Positions 38,705 through 40,679 of a stretch of DNA of 40,679 nt are shown piece by piece (position 1 is the first letter of the stretch; each line of letters begins with the position of its first letter). Both the position numbers and the translations under genes were made by a program. The notes beneath the pieces were generated by a model. It made no database searches and was not told the origin of the DNA. It was given only the letters and a program-made list of their open reading frames with translations. The DNA is from Tolypothrix carrinoi HA7290-LM1. GTDB lineage: Bacteria > Cyanobacteriota > Cyanobacteriia > Cyanobacteriales > Nostocaceae. The stretch spans positions 1-40,679 of the forward strand of contig JAHHIK010000077.1 in NCBI GenBank assembly GCA_019358935.1, read 5' to 3'.

Positions 38705-38894
38705 AGGACTTAAGCAAAATTCTCTCTTCCTCATTCCTCTGTGAACTCTGTGCCTCTGCGGTTCGTTAATTCCATCATATGGACGAACCGCAGAGAACGC
38801 AGCGAAAAGTCTGAGCGGAGGTTTCCTCCGATCAGACCTTTTCAAGAGAGAGAACACAGAAGTTGAGAATTTGAGAGATTTCTGCGTAAGTCCT
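38705..38894. mobile_element. MITE-like element with a nested hairpin unit
   Basis: 22-bp imperfect TIR AGGACTTAAGCAAAATTCTCTC / GAGAGATTTCTGCGTAAGTCCT; inner IR CTCTGCGGTTCGT/ACGAACCGCAGAG. Confidence 0.72.
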
Positions 38895-38931
38895 GTAGGA
38901 TAATAAAATTTGCCAGATAGCATCTCAACCA

Positions 38932-39984
38932 ATGAATGAATACTTCCGTGCGAATATTGATGCAATGGCTGGCTATGTTCCTGGTGAACAGCCTCAACCT
39001 AATAGCCAAATCATCAAACTCAACAGCAACGAAAACCCCTATCCTCCCTCACCGGCAGTGTTGGAAGTGCTGCGTAACTTTGATGCGGAATCGTTGCGAC
39101 GCTATCCAAATCCGTTTGCACAGGAGTTTAGACGCGCTACAAGTGAAGCTTTGAAAGTTCCTGCTGATTGGATTCTTGTCGGAAATGGCAGTGATGAAGT
39201 GTTAAATTTGGTGATTCGCGCTTGTGCAGAACCAGGACGCAAAGTAGTTTATCCTACGCCTACCTACGTGTTATATAGTACGCTGACGCAGATGCAATCA
39301 GCGGAAATTGTCGAAATTCCCTACACTGAAGACTATCGCTTACCTTTGGCAGAATTGATTGGCGCTAATGGTTATGTAACATTTATTGCTTCACCAAACA
39401 GTCCTTCGGGACATGTGGTTTCAACTGATGAACTGCGAAAATTAGCAAGTAATTTATCTGGGGTTTTGGTGATTGACGAAGCTTATGTAGATTTTGCTGA
39501 GGAGAATGCACTCTCTTTGGTTGCAGAATTTGAGAATGCGATCGCTATTCGCACACTTTCTAAAGGATACTCGTTAGCAGGATTGCGGTTGGGGTTTGCG
39601 ATCGCAAATCCGCAGTTGCTGAGTGGATTGTATAAGGTGAAGGATAGCTATAATATTGATGCGATCGCCTGTACAATTGGGGCAGCGGCGATGAGCGATC
39701 AAGCTTATAAAAATGCTTGTGCAGATAAAGTTAAGCGATCGCGCACAAAGTTAGCAGCAGAGTTGAAACAGTTGAATTTTCAGGTATGGGATTCTCAAGC
39801 TAACTTTTTGCTGGTACAGCCGAAAGAAAAAAATGCGGAATATCTATATCAAAGCTTGAAATCAAAGGGAATTTTGGTACGTTATTTCCCCCAGCCGGGA
39901 GTAAATGATAAATTACGGATTACAGTCGGTACAGATGAGCAAAATCAAGTTTTGGTAGAGACGTTGAGTGATTTAATGGAGTAG
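38932..39984 (+). CDS. hisC: Histidinol-phosphate aminotransferase
   Basis: IKLNSNENPYPP, GNGSDE, DEAY and RTLSKGYSLAGLRLG (PLP lysine) motifs. Confidence 0.93.
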   Translation: MNEYFRANIDAMAGYVPGEQPQPNSQIIKLNSNENPYPPSPAVLEVLRNFDAESLRRYPNPFAQEFRRATSEALKVPADWILVGNGSDEVLNLVIRACAEPGRKVVYPTPTYVLYSTLTQMQSAEIVEIPYTEDYRLPLAELIGANGYVTFIASPNSPSGHVVSTDELRKLASNLSGVLVIDEAYVDFAEENALSLVAEFENAIAIRTLSKGYSLAGLRLGFAIANPQLLSGLYKVKDSYNIDAIACTIGAAAMSDQAYKNACADKVKRSRTKLAAELKQLNFQVWDSQANFLLVQPKEKNAEYLYQSLKSKGILVRYFPQPGVNDKLRITVGTDEQNQVLVETLSDLME

Positions 39985-40011
39985 GCGATCGCGCTAACTT
40001 GCACCACATCA

Positions 40012-40137
40012 CCGTCACCCTAGAAGGGTGCGGCTAACCGAACCAAGTCCGCCTACGCGGACTATGAAAAATTAAGAATTTCAGCCCACAAAGGTGGGCT
40101 TTGTTTGTTTAGCCCCAGGCTTCTAGCCTGAGGGCGT
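40012..40137. repeat. Cluster of REP-like palindromes between convergent genes
   Basis: CACCCT/AGGGTG, GTCCGC/GCGGAC, AGCCCAC/GTGGGCT and CAGGCT/AGCCTG stems. Confidence 0.7.
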
Positions 40138-40159
40138 TTAGTTCTCCAAAAAATGCACC

Positions 40160-40558
40160 TCAACGCCACTCACCTTGTAAAGTGAAAGCAGACCAATAAT
40201 AAGGGTTTTGCAAACTTGAATTTTCCCAGAACTTCAGTTGTGCAGCACGCAAAGCAACTGTAGGCGACTTGCCCTGCTTCAACATTTGCGTGTAAAATTC
40301 TTGCATCAATTGTGCCGTCCCCGCATCGTCAACTTGCCAAAGAGACACGGCAACACGTTCTGCACCAGCATACATTAATCCTCTTGTCAAGCCTACTAAT
40401 CCTTCACCGTTGACATCTTTGCCTAAACCAGTTTCACAGGCACTAAGTACTACTAAATCGGCAGCAAAATCAAGATTAAAAATATCGCCTAGTCGTAAAT
40501 AACCTCTATCGGCACGTTTACCTTGTTTGTCTATTAGAGAGAGGACAATTCCTGATAA
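40160..40558 (-). pseudogene. C-terminal part of a CHAT-domain protein, interrupted upstream
   Basis: LSGIVLSL...DLVVLSACETGLG...SLWQVDD...PYYWSAFTLQG. Homology stops at 40558, with an in-frame TAA at 40574-40576. Confidence 0.78.
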
Positions 40559-40679
40559 GGGACTTCCAAGGAATTAAATCACCAAATTCAATAATGATAA
40601 TCATTGTTACGGGGGGTGGGGGAAGGAGAAGCAGCCAACGCAATACGGTTCGGTTAAGGAGGTTATCTGTTGGGGCAAG
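40559..40679. mobile_element. Probable inserted repeat element(s), truncated by the window end
   Basis: Abrupt switch to non-coding GGGACTTCCAAG...; contains CAATACGGTTCGGTTAA, the exact reverse complement of 34966-34982. Confidence 0.5.

Noticed and set aside
34966..40657. 17-bp inverted pair as the ends of one composite transposon
   Set aside because: It encloses housekeeping hisC with no transposase or TSD; more likely the ends of separate small elements.
40559..40679. Developmentally excised (xis-type) element in the CHAT gene
   Set aside because: No recombinase or direct repeat visible; the sequence resembles dispersed repeats. It cannot be fully excluded at the window edge.

Overview
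Chromosomal DNA of a heterocyst-forming cyanobacterium (Nostocales), judged from frequent HIP1 GCGATCGC sites, heptamer STRR arrays and gene content. Bases ~147-29050 are a heterocyst glycolipid (hgl) island. Its minus-strand arm has hgdB/hgdC-type (DevB/DevC) exporter genes, an extended SDR, glycosyltransferases, DUF2141 and hglT. Its plus-strand arm has the Pfa-like synthase genes hglE (fused to an hglF-like domain), hglG, hglD, hglC, hglA and hglB, then an epimerase-like SDR and the convergent PPTase hetI. The rest holds a YheT-type hydrolase, rpaA, two PEP-CTERM proteins, chlP, a pentapeptide-repeat protein, DUF981, a stress protein, an SDR, hisC and an interrupted CHAT gene. Most notable items not shown in the ORF track: (1) a ~580-bp element at 36425-37005 with IS200/IS605-type ends but no TnpA or TnpB, carrying a 48-aa ribbon-helix-helix gene and a divergent, structured ~350-nt omega/reRNA-like region; (2) a GGAGG + A-AAA-AAG/A10 slippery site at the ACP/HglF-like junction of hglE; (3) a collapsed GT2-GT4 tandem duplication and an in-frame TGA in the glycosylation arm; (4) the usual hetN position occupied by an RGSGR-less paralog; (5) many nested MITE/REP/SDR-like elements. 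Gene names come from my recognition of sequence motifs and synteny; no database search was run.
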